Below, one piece after another: positions 35,112 through 46,084 of a stretch of 64,000 nt of DNA. Each line of letters begins with the position of its first letter. Position 1 is the first letter of the stretch. The notes beneath the pieces are model-generated. The model was not told the origin of the DNA. It made no database searches and worked only from the letters and a program-made list of their open reading frames with translations. Location: the NCBI GenBank assembly GCA_964187785.1, contig OZ076409.1, positions 868,001 to 932,000 of the forward strand, given 5' to 3'. The translations under genes were made by a program, and so were the position numbers. The DNA is from Amphiscolops sp. MND2022 (lineage: Eukaryota).

Positions 35112-36368
35112 CCTGTTGAAAACACTTCAACAATCCTGGATCCTCCCTCTGATATCTCTCCATCAGCTCCAAGTATTCCTTCTACACCTGAATCTTCAGT
35201 ATCAAACAGCATAAACTCTAGTAATGTAACTCCTACTACTCCTTCTAAAAGACCCAGATCATACATCTCTGAAACCTCTTCTTCTTCACTTCTTCACAGA
35301 CCACCTATAACCGAAATTCCTATAAACACTCGTCCCCAACAAACTCCTATTAACACTCCTATTATACACATACCAAACCCTGAAAGTGTTGAACAATACG
35401 TAACATACAAACACCCTACAGCTATCAAAACTGTTAGACTCCAACCTCAACTTAATCTAGTACAAATTCCTGATACTGAATATACGAAACTACCTCCATT
35501 AAAATTACCTTCAGAACTTAGCACTACAGAACTTAGTACTACTTCTTCAAAACTTTATCCACCCTTAAAACCTCTTCGAAAACCCTCTACATCACTCTCA
35601 AATCTCTTAGACAATAATACTTCTGACTACGCTCCATCACAAGACACAAGCTCATTTTTTGTACCCAGACATAGATATAATCTTCGTGATCTTCCTTCAC
35701 GTAGACTTAGTACAGACACTTCCACACTCAATTTTTCCGCTCTTTCTAGCAATTCTGCATTACGACTTGTAAGACAACACGCTCAACCATTGTCCTCTGA
35801 CCCATCATCTTCAGAACTCTTTCAATCTCCTTATTTTACTTCCGGTTTTGAAACCGCTTCATTACTCTCATCTAATCCACAAACTGCATTCCTATCAGGA
35901 GATCTTTTTTCACAAGTAGTAATCCCTACTCCTGTTCCTGCACATATTAGACTACCTGAATACTATACTGCAGAACATTCTAGACCTCCAACCCCAAATT
36001 TTGCTGATTATCCACTTCGAGTCGATGGTATAACTATCTACGACCCACAAAACGATCCTCGATTTCCAATTCTCGCAGAACGTTTTATTAATAACAACGA
36101 TCTCTTATCTCATAAACGTAAAGAAACAGAACTAAAACGTCTCCAGACACCAAATTTAGAACTTAAATTTGAAGTCAAAGTCAAATTTCAAGGATTAAAT
36201 CCTCATCCAATATTTCACGTTTCTAAAATAGAACATAAAACCTCTCCTGCTCCTTTTGAAGTAGTACATATTGAATTTGAACGCGATCTTAATATACCCA
36301 CTATCACATATGGCAATATTGTCTTCTGTAACCCATACTCTGGTCTCAAATATAAGACATCCTTTTAA
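35112..36368 (+). CDS. Met-less ~418-codon open frame (P/S/T-rich N-part, globular C-part), unknown product
   Basis: Stop-free from 35112 to 36368; the ORF track shows only the part after TTG 35790; codon style matches gag and pol. Confidence 0.6.
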   Translation, partial: PVENTSTILDPPSDISPSAPSIPSTPESSVSNSINSSNVTPTTPSKRPRSYISETSSSSLLHRPPITEIPINTRPQQTPINTPIIHIPNPESVEQYVTYKHPTAIKTVRLQPQLNLVQIPDTEYTKLPPLKLPSELSTTELSTTSSKLYPPLKPLRKPSTSLSNLLDNNTSDYAPSQDTSSFFVPRHRYNLRDLPSRRLSTDTSTLNFSALSSNSALRLVRQHAQPLSSDPSSSELFQSPYFTSGFETASLLSSNPQTAFLSGDLFSQVVIPTPVPAHIRLPEYYTAEHSRPPTPNFADYPLRVDGITIYDPQNDPRFPILAERFINNNDLLSHKRKETELKRLQTPNLELKFEVKVKFQGLNPHPIFHVSKIEHKTSPAPFEVVHIEFERDLNIPTITYGNIVFCNPYSGLKYKTSF

Positions 36369-39014
36369 ATCCTACACAACCTCTTATCTAACACCTATAA
36401 TTCTTCTCTTACATTTATTTAAATCTACCTTTTCCATACCTATAGTACTCCCTGATACAGAAAACTATCTTCCATCGGATGACCCGAATATTACAAATCT
36501 CATGGTTTCTCATTATGACTGTGCAAAACAACACAATCTCAGACAATTTAATCTACTTAATGTAAAACAATGCACTGAAGCTCCTTCTGACATTAAACAT
36601 GCAAGTGTTAAAGCCCGTGTATATGTCCGCGCAAAAGCTAAACGTATCAAAGCTTTCAAATGTGTTGCTTATGCAAAGAAAGAAAGGAAAATATGCTTTC
36701 AAGGATCTGTCAAATACCGTCGTGTTGATCGTACAGTATGGAATCATAATACATTACCGCTTCCTGTTACTCTTGATCCGGTAGAATGTAAAAACATTAT
36801 AAGACATTTAAATGGTACAAATGATAAAATATTGAACAACCTTAACTACAACAAAACATTTACACTCTTAGAAGATCATTACTTTCAAGAACGTTTAGAA
36901 CAATATCAAACTCCTTTCACTGTATATCAATTGAACAAAATGTATACAGGTACATTTACATTCATGCCTGCTGATAAAAACTGGATATATGACCCTACAA
37001 AAAACCCTTATCATAACTGTCCTGCTCATCATCAATTCGAAGTCAACTTAGTTAGTTGGCGACTAGAAGTTTCCGAAATAGAACTTACATATGATGACAC
37101 ATCAAATGACATGATAATTGACATACATTACCCTGCTATTTTGCAGACGGCTTCTGTAAACCCACTACAAAAAATCCTTTTACTCTTGTTTGGTTTAATG
37201 ATGATTACTGTCTAATTTTTACCCTACAAGACTTTATTGGACGTATGACTAAAATTGAAGATAGATATTGGATTGAAACAGACTCTTTTGTACATTCTCC
37301 ACATCCAGTAAAATCTCAAACTGCTTCTGGCATAAAAGGTACAGAACATCCTTATGTTCATGCCCCTCATACACAACATCCAAATAACCCAAGTCTTTCA
37401 AGATTTGAAGTTTTTCCTACAGCACAAACCTTTTGTGGTAAACCAGACCCTCTCTATTCTACACAATACTCAGACCTTTTTGTTACATACACTGATGGTT
37501 TTAATATGCATACAGGACAACCTAATCCTCATTCCATAATTGATGAGTATATCTCTGGTAAAATAGTATTGGACACTTCAAATAACAAATTTGTATTCCC
37601 TGCATTAAATGTATCAAACAATTTCGCTACCATTGATTATGATGCACATATAAACACCAAAATTGACTACACTATTAATCATGTTTTTCGATCAATGATA
37701 GTACAAGAACTAAATACTCTTCATACAATATGTGAACTAGAACGAAATCAACTCCTTACAATACTCGCAATGTCAGTACAAAATCCTCAACTTGCTGGTT
37801 TCCTTCTAACTGGTAATAGAAGTAACTTCTTATACGTTGAAGGCTCAACCGCCTGGCTTTATGACTGTCCTCATTTTTTATCTCCTTTATACAAAGCAGA
37901 TAGATGTTTTGACCGTATACCCATACATTTTAAAGATACCTTAATGTACGTTGATCCTATTACAAGACAAACTTATGATTATGCTACACCAATTACATGC
38001 GATAATAATCCGCGTAACATTATTGAACTAGACCCTGATTCAGATGATCAAGACTTTTACATTCTTGGACCTGAACCTATCAAACGTAAACCTCCACTAA
38101 TGTTTACTCCCTCACAAATCAAAACTACAATACGCCCTAATACTTTTACAGCCCAAGATGCTGGTATATATTCAAATGCAGAACTTGATCAATTTTGGAA
38201 CCGTATTTTATTTTCTAAACACTCTGATTCTACACTCCAATTGCTAGGTAAAGCTCTTAGTTATTCATTCATTTCATCTAATACTCCAAACTACGATGCA
38301 GATTCCCCTCAAGACTCTGGTAATCCTTACAATACATTACGAATAGGACTACATGATAAACTCTTGAACTTAACCCCTCTTTTCACACCTACATGGTTCT
38401 CTGATGTTTTTATTGCACTTTTTGGATACCCTTGTTACATTCTTACACAATGTGGCATATACTTTTCTACATTTCTTTTTATACAAGCTACTCTTACACT
38501 TATTGTTAAACTTTACAAAACAATATCTATTAAATATAATCTAAAAAATAATATTACTTTACTTAGTTCTATTGCACATGGTTTTTTTAATGTTCTTACA
38601 GCACGAATGGTCAGTGACCTACATGAGGCTCAAAACAAAAAACCCAAAAGTACACTTTCCAAATCCAAATCTTTAGATAACTTTATTGACACTTCTCCCA
38701 ATTTAATTAACCATTCTACAGATGTTACTTCCCCTCCACCTTTTTATACTAAACGATCTAACAAAATTCAATTTCCTAAATTTAACTATTTTCCGAAACG
38801 ACACCACAATTCTCACCATAAAACGACTCCACTTCCTTTCTCTTCTGTCCAACATCCCCCACTTCCTAATTATACTCATAAAAACTTTCACTCGAATGAC
38901 AATCTAACTACTCAACATGACACTTTAATTAACAATTCTGTCACTTCTACTACGGATACACCAATTAAAATCTATTCACGAATAAACTATCCTTTTCCTC
39001 CTCCATCTTCTTGA
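36310..39014 (+). pseudogene. env: Env: class III (chuvirus/herpes gB-type) fusion glycoprotein, ~900 aa, frameshifted at ~37121
   Basis: Signal-like LTPIILLLHLF; VSHYDC; LPCYFADGFC...TLVW (read in the second frame from 37122); FCG..LYSTQY; INTKIDY; ICELER..LAMSVQNP..G; CFDRIPI..YVDPITR..PITC; C-terminal TM and tail. Confidence 0.8.
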
Positions 39015-39263
39015 ACTCTCTCCCAGTTCTTCTGTAACTCTCTTCCAGAACACTCGCCTGCTATTTCTTCACAATTGCTACTCCTCCACCACTTGAAACT
39101 CTTGCAGAAATTCATCTTCCTCAATCTAATAATACTTCTCTCATAATAACCATCTTCAAAAACTCTTCAACTAAAGTTGACAAATCCACTCGTTAGTGTA
39201 ATTTATAGTACTTTAACTTTAAAGTGCTAAGGCCTCTTGGAATAGATAACACTGTGACTGTTG

Positions 39264-40607
39264 ATGCTTTCTCAAACAATGACACAAGCACAAATTGACC
39301 TACAAACACAGCTTGAACAAGCAACCCCAACAGATCTTATAACAAGACCTCTTTCTAATGATTCTCCTGTTCTCTATATTGATACTTCTGAAAAAACACC
39401 TCCAACTTTTCTTGAACCAATGGAACACACAAAAGTTGAAAATGAAAATCCAAAACCTACTCCCCCACAAGATGATACTGATCATACACAATCGACACCA
39501 CCTCCTCCGAAAAAACGATATGAAATAATGAAAGATCCAATCTTTCTTTCATCACCAATATATCCTCCTTCAATACCTTCAAAAATTTCACTTTGCACGA
39601 ATCGCGATGATCATTTGATCTCAATTCTTTCCACTGATGATTTCATCTTTAAAGCACAACTAACTTCTCTATATATGCATCCTAAGGACTACTCATTTCG
39701 CTTATATGACAAAAATCAAGACTTCTTCACATCCATTGCTTCCAAAATAATGGGTCCATACCAATATTGGCTCGAGAATGGAGTTAAAATTTTCTCTCTC
39801 CAATTCAATTTTCTTAGACCTTCTATCTACGATCTCAAAACGGATGAATCTGATCCATCCTTTCTCTCTATAGCACAGAAAGCTTCTCATCATCAGACAT
39901 ATACTAAATTTCTACAATACACGAAACCACAAAATTATATTTTTGTCAATTACAAATATACATCACCGTTCACAATGACAAATATGTACACTCTCGACCA
40001 CTCCTGTATAACAGGCTATCTTCGGAACTATGACCCTATAAAGCAATACTTCTGTTTGCTTCCATATAACAATACTTCACGTCCACTTATCGTACCTCAA
40101 GAATATCTCATACATTACGATGATTTTTTGTTGCCTTGCAACATCCCTACTCAAATTGCAAAACCTCTTACTGTTATTAAACACCTCGTTTCTTCTCCAC
40201 TTGACGATAAAGATAGAACATACTATACAGCACTCTACAAACAAACGTATTCCTACAATGAACTCCTCTTTATATCTGCCAAAACTATCTCTTTCATGGT
40301 ACAAGCTGAACAAAAAACTGAACATAAATCACACACTTCACCCATCAAAAACACCCATGACAAACTTTCCTCTGTATTAAACAATCGAACACTTCGAGAC
40401 ATAACAAATTTACTGGAACCCTATAAACGAAACTCTTCTGAAACACCTATCACAACACTCACACATATACTCCACTGCTATGACAGAACACACAAACTCC
40501 TTCAGACACTCGATTTAGATTCTCAACGCATCACTCAATCATCCCAAGCAATTCAATCTGCTTTGGAAACTATAACTACTCTTTTTAATTCAACTAATCT
40601 TCATTAA
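39264..40607 (+). CDS. Orphan accessory ORF (~447 aa) of element 2
   Basis: Long intact ORF inside the LTR boundaries; no recognised family. Confidence 0.75.
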   Translation: MLSQTMTQAQIDLQTQLEQATPTDLITRPLSNDSPVLYIDTSEKTPPTFLEPMEHTKVENENPKPTPPQDDTDHTQSTPPPPKKRYEIMKDPIFLSSPIYPPSIPSKISLCTNRDDHLISILSTDDFIFKAQLTSLYMHPKDYSFRLYDKNQDFFTSIASKIMGPYQYWLENGVKIFSLQFNFLRPSIYDLKTDESDPSFLSIAQKASHHQTYTKFLQYTKPQNYIFVNYKYTSPFTMTNMYTLDHSCITGYLRNYDPIKQYFCLLPYNNTSRPLIVPQEYLIHYDDFLLPCNIPTQIAKPLTVIKHLVSSPLDDKDRTYYTALYKQTYSYNELLFISAKTISFMVQAEQKTEHKSHTSPIKNTHDKLSSVLNNRTLRDITNLLEPYKRNSSETPITTLTHILHCYDRTHKLLQTLDLDSQRITQSSQAIQSALETITTLFNSTNLH

Positions 40608-41016
40608 ACTTCTCTACAGGTAATATAAAGTTTTAAATTTTCTTCTCTGGTACATTCTATGGTACAGCTGTGGCACATTTTACAAGGTATTTTCATTTTT
40701 ATTTAACGAAAATCCTTACTTTTGAATGAAATCTCAGGACTGTTTTTTAAGTACACTAATTTTTCCTACAGTACATGTCAAAAACTAACTATTTTTTACT
40801 CAAAACACTACAATACAAGACATACAAGACAATATAAAATAACACTACATATGGTACATTATAGCACCCATTTTTGTTGTACATCTTTGACTTGATATTG
40901 TCATTCTTCTTACACTTCCTTTGTTTTAGAAACATCCATTCTTCCTTCTCCTTCATCCAAATTCTTTCAGAACATCCCAACTTCTCTTTCTTCGTATTCT
41001 TCAAACTCTCGTCATA

Positions 41017-41469
41017 ATGGCTCCAAATGCTGAAACAAACGACATTCTAACAATGACTTCAGAATTTTCGAAAGTGCATAGTCTCAAAGCCGCCATATTT
41101 CATACCATGGCCTTCAAACTCTCGCTTGAGATTCACAAAAACAAAATTACGCCAAAATGCCTCATCGCTTTCTTAAAAGTACTCTACAACGTCACGCAAA
41201 TAAAGAAAAAGAAAATCACTTTCGAGCAATATTCGCGAATCCATCTTCAAGGACCTAAAATTGCCATTTGTGAAACGGCATCTAATGTTGTTTTCGTCCT
41301 CAATTCATCTTTCACGTCAAAGGATCAGTACTTTCGTACTGCTATCCAAGAAGCTACAGATGCTTTTAATAATATGTTACAAGATTTCGGGTATACTCAA
41401 CAACTAGAACTTTATGACCCGATACAACATCAACCTCATCCTCCATCGCAAAACTCTCTCTTTCAATAA
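41017..41469 (+). CDS. Orphan accessory ORF (150 aa) of element 2
   Basis: ATG in a good context (ataATGG), protein-like composition. Confidence 0.6.
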   Translation: MAPNAETNDILTMTSEFSKVHSLKAAIFHTMAFKLSLEIHKNKITPKCLIAFLKVLYNVTQIKKKKITFEQYSRIHLQGPKIAICETASNVVFVLNSSFTSKDQYFRTAIQEATDAFNNMLQDFGYTQQLELYDPIQHQPHPPSQNSLFQ

Positions 41470-41691
41470 TCTCTAACACAAACTTCTACTTACTTCTATT
41501 TCACTCTTTGACTACATTTCGTCTCCAAATCCTTCATCTTCTTTCGATGATGCTTCGAAATGTGGTTGATGATTACTTCCAAGAACTCCTACACATGCTG
41601 AAACTCTTCACTTCACCCACCCACGATGGTCAACAACATCCATCTACACTTTGGGTTCATCGACGTTACCAAAAATTGTCCTCGTCATCGT

Positions 41692-41880
41692 TCTTCACAC
41701 TTCAAATGCTGACTTCGTGACTGGTCTTCTTCACACCACAATTGCTGACTTTGTGAACTGGTCTTCTTCACACCACAATTGCTGACTTTGTGAACTGGTC
41801 TTCTACACACCTCAATTGCTGACTTTGAGAACTGGTCTTCTTCACACCTCAACTGCTGACTTCGTGAACTGGTCTTCATA
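41692..41880 (+). repeat. Tandem repeat, ~5 x 37 bp, in the element 2 3' UTR
   Basis: Unit TCTTCTTCACACCACAATTGCTGACTTTGTGAACTGG. Confidence 0.9.
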
Positions 41881-43003
41881 CTTCAATGGCCGATACAAAT
41901 TTCAAACTGAACTGTATAATCACTTATAATCAATATAACCTGTAACCCATTTTAATCCAACAATAATATAGACTAGTGCTATATACTCGTATCTAAATTT
42001 TAGTGCTATATAATCTCATCTAATCGTAGTATACTAGTGCTATATACTCCTATCTAATCTTTCGCGTTATATAATCTTAATCTTATATAACCATTGTATA
42101 ATTAAACCCCATTAACCATAATCCTTCCCAAATTCTACCCATAATTATTCTTGTAACCACAATATTATTTACTTCCATTGTATTGTGTATAGAACTTTAA
42201 CATTATCTTACATAATTATCCACTTCAAAATACATTTTAATCCCCGTCTTTTTACAGAACACAAGTCCTACTTACAGCACAAGAAATTTTCTAAGATTTT
42301 TGGACAAAAATTTTTTCTTTTACAAAACATGTTCTACAACTTTTCTTTAACCCTCAAAAGCATTCCCAAAAAATTTTCCAAAATTTTCTTTCGACCTCTT
42401 GAAAATTGTCACTTGTAAAAAATGTCACTTCTAGTTTTCAAATGTTTGAAACTTGAAATAGCCAAAGTTTTTTTTCAACTCTTGCTTCTGCTCTACTCTT
42501 CACTTTTGTTGAAAATGAACTCTCACTTCAACCTTGACTTTTCAAAACTTCTTCACTTTTGGTTCACATACCCGCCAATGTTGGTTCACAACTCATTGAC
42601 AACTCAACGCTTTAATTCTTCAACTTGAAAAGTTTTCAATGCTGACTAACTCATGTTGATGAAACAAACTTTTTCAACAAGCCGATGGCTGATACGTACG
42701 AAAAAGAAACATGAAAGAATAAATAGTTGTCAACAATAACTTCAAAGAACTTGTCAGTCAAAGAAACTGAAAGAATTTGAACCTGTTTGAACCTTTTTGC
42801 ACCAATTGAATCGTCTATGACGTAAAGAAGTCAAATCGTCTTAGGTTGTTCTCACTCCTTAAGTATGGTACTCTACAAAACGAAACTCATGCAACTTTAG
42901 CACAACACATATGAAACAAACCCATGCATATAACAAAAACTTCTAGAACTCCTCAAACTCAAAAGTGCATATATGTAATTTTATTTTTAAATTCCCGGTT
43001 GAT

Positions 43004-43415
43004 TGTGATGCCATGATGCATGTCCTCAAAGATTTTATAAATCTGAAATACTCTGAACTCTTAACCGAAGAAATTAGTAAATCTAATTGAATCTAGAAAC
43101 TAATTATTCTAGAAGAAACTTCATTTAATAGATCCTGTATCAAACTTCCCTGCTTCATCCTGTTGCTGTCACATTATTAATTGATGTAACCTACCCTAGC
43201 TCATAGAATATATCTACTTGGAGAAATTGAGAATTCTTCCTAGCAATCAGTCTTCTTCCAGCACTTCAAGAACTGAGATCTCAGAAATAGATTGTACTCT
43301 GAACTAGCTAGCTATAAGATAAAAGATAAGACGACTCTGCTGTTAAAATCTTAGACTTCTTATGTCAATTCTAACTTGTATAAAAGAAACAACCACCAAA
43401 CTTTTTAACAGCTCA
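43004..43415 (+). repeat. 3' LTR of element 2
   Basis: 411/412 identical to the 5' LTR. Confidence 0.97.
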
Positions 43416-44212
43416 GAACTGCATAACAAGATTGTACACCTGTAAAACTTCCAGGCTTCGAATTCACCGCCAAATTTTAGAATCGTTTTTCAGTTTGATA
43501 AAATTTGTTTACAGCAGGGACGCGAGAGCGCAAACAAGTTCAAAAAAAGTCGTAGGAAACGTAGTTGATGATCTCCAAAAACGCTAGTTTGCTTTTGGTA
43601 AAAACAGTTGAAAACGTCTTCAAGAAACTCAATCTGTTGTGATGATATTCAACATGAACTAATCGTCTTGCTATGTTTTAGAAAGAAAGCACAAGAATCG
43701 ATGAAAGCGGAGTTGTTCAGAAAGAGTCAAAACAAAAGACATAAAACGATACAAGAAATGTCCTTCATTTTGATTTCATCAAATGTCCTGTGAATCAATA
43801 GAAAGTACTCAAAAGTCGGCGCCTGCTTGAGCATCAAACAGAGCGACTTGAATGAAATAATTAAATTCTTGATATCCCTTCAAAATATCGCCGCACATCA
43901 TGGAAAGATATTGACAGGCAAGCTTGGCTCGAATAATTTCACTACTTGGAAACATTTGAAGGAACTTTTTGTGAACTGAAAGAAAACTCAAAGAATCATG
44001 TCATCTGTTGAAGCTTTGTTATTCAAAGAGTGTTTGTGTACTTTTTTGACGTGTACGTTAGGCGTAATGCAAATATTTTTTGAACTTTCAAAAACTAATA
44101 CAAGTTGTCCTTCCAAAAATGAAAAAATCTGCAGCAATATTTTCATAACTATAGTTAATCAGTTCCAGTGCTGGCTCGACTGATATGAAGAAATATTATA
44201 ACAAATAGAAAG

Positions 44213-44628
44213 ATGTCATCTATTTCCCCCAGGTACACTTTGTTGGGAATTTTCTCCCCAACACGAAAGCACATTTTGTTCTTGAATAAAAATATTTCAC
44301 TGATAAGAGAATATTATATGAATGTATATACTTAGAGAATTGTCTCTACAACTGTTTGGGCACTTCAGGTAAAAAATTATCATAATTTTTTTGCTATTAC
44401 TGTCCAAAATAGCAGAAACTCACGTTTGGAACAAGCTAAAATCGTGTAAAAAAGCCCTTATTTCAGCGCAAAAAAACGCTATAAAATTTAATGAGCATCT
44501 TTTAACTGACACTAATGTAATGGATAGGATTATGTCGACACCAATTATTCTATTGGACCAAACTTTTAACGCGAACGATGTCGACATAATGGTATTTGAA
44601 CCTTCTGTATTATTTCCCCCGCCGCACT
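44213..44628. mobile_element. MITE family D, truncated copy
   Basis: Colinear with 678-1098. Confidence 0.75.
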
Positions 44629-44670
44629 TTTGTTTATGAAACTGAATTTTGCGCGTAAAACAGTATCTTG

Positions 44671-45233
44671 AAACAAGCCGGGAACGGCCCAAGTCGGTGC
44701 CATATCTATGGCTCAAAAATGACAAAATGACTTCAATTTGTCAAGTATTCTCTTCTACAGTACCCGCGTGAGGAAAAAATTGAAAAAAACCTATTTTTTT
44801 GATATTTTTTTCGAATTTTTTTTGGTCTCCGGTAAGTCGCATAGTGCCGAAAAATGTAAAAGGGGGCCTATTGCAAAATAGGAAAAAATGAAGGGGGACC
44901 ATTTGGAGACATTAAAAAAATTGCGAAAAAAAGTGTCACAAAGCCGAAAAAACCTGCACAAAAAGTTTTGGTCAAGGTTGGACTCGAACCCACGTCCTTC
45001 TGCTTGGCAGACCTCAAAAAAGCCATAACCTCTATGCCAAGAGCCAGTAGAAGTTACAAGTGTGGCAGTTAGTGGATCATGAAAATTGTAAAAAGTGGAC
45101 TATTCAGAGTGAGATCGTCAGCACTATGGGATCCATGGCTGCCAAGATGTAGTAAGAATTTAGCTGAGCTGAAAAAAACTACCCACTGTAATAGTCGGGC
45201 TTTTTTTCTTAAGGAAAAGGCGCCGACTAAAAA
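44671..45233 (-). mobile_element. Family E (Helentron-like) copy with a tRNA-like insert
   Basis: Family termini; minus-strand GTGGGTTCGAGTCCCAACCTTGACCA near 44969-44995. Confidence 0.65.
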
Positions 45234-46084
45234 CAAGTCCGAGAGATGAACTATTTCCCGTTTATGAAATATAGGGTTACAGGACGAATGCTACTGGAAT
45301 TGTTTTGCAACTACCCGGGTTGACCCTCTTACTAGCATCTTGGCTGTCTTGGCAAGATCTTGCCAAATTCTTACTGCATCTTGGCAGCCATGGATCTCGT
45401 AGTAAGATTCTTACTAAGATCTTACCAAGATGTATCATCATTCCAAGATCGAATCTTACTAAGATTGAAAAAGCTCTAAGATTTCAAAATTTCGATGAAG
45501 AGTGCTGCAAATAGCTACATTCGTATAATAATTCTTTTGTCGGGTCTTTACGCAATTTCTCAGCCTGGACCTTGATTTCATGTAAAGATTCAAATTCTCT
45601 GTGAATCCAAACCTTATTCCAGTGGTTTTAGATCTTACAACGGTGAAATGAGAACCCACTCACAAGGTTTTTAAAGAAATTTTTATGGTTTCGCAGCCAT
45701 AGCTTATAATGTCTACTTTCTTTCGACGTTTGCTGTTAATTTGAATTACGGGGCTATGAGCAGTTAACTATGAAACCATTAGTCGGCATTTACCGTTGGA
45801 TCCTTCTGTAGAATGTTCACGACCTATTTACTGGGCACATTTAAAACTACTTTGCCAAACTCCAGCAAACTTTGTTGTTTTCATAATTCACTAAATATTC
45901 TCAGTGCTCACACAGTAGTACGCTGTAGCAACCAATTAGAAGTAATTAGCTCAGGAATATTTTTTATATCTGTGAAAGAAAATGTCCTAGTAGCATTTTG
46001 CATGTAGTAGGAAATGTCATTTTAGCAAATTGCTCACTGGTAAATGTCTTCCTAGTAGCAAATGTCTTAGTAACAAATTGCTTA

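Larger units (their letters stand above)
25315..43415 (+). mobile_element. Giant (18,101 bp) env-bearing Ty3/gypsy retrovirus-like element 2
   Basis: 412-bp TG...CA LTRs with 1 mismatch, 4-bp TSD GAAC (25311-25314, 43416-43419), PBS, gag, pol (PR-RT-RH-IN-GPY/F), env and extra ORFs, all on +. Confidence 0.96.

Noticed and set aside
41692..41880. CRISPR-like 37-bp periodicity
   Set aside because: Head-to-tail repeats without unique spacers, eukaryotic context, no cas genes
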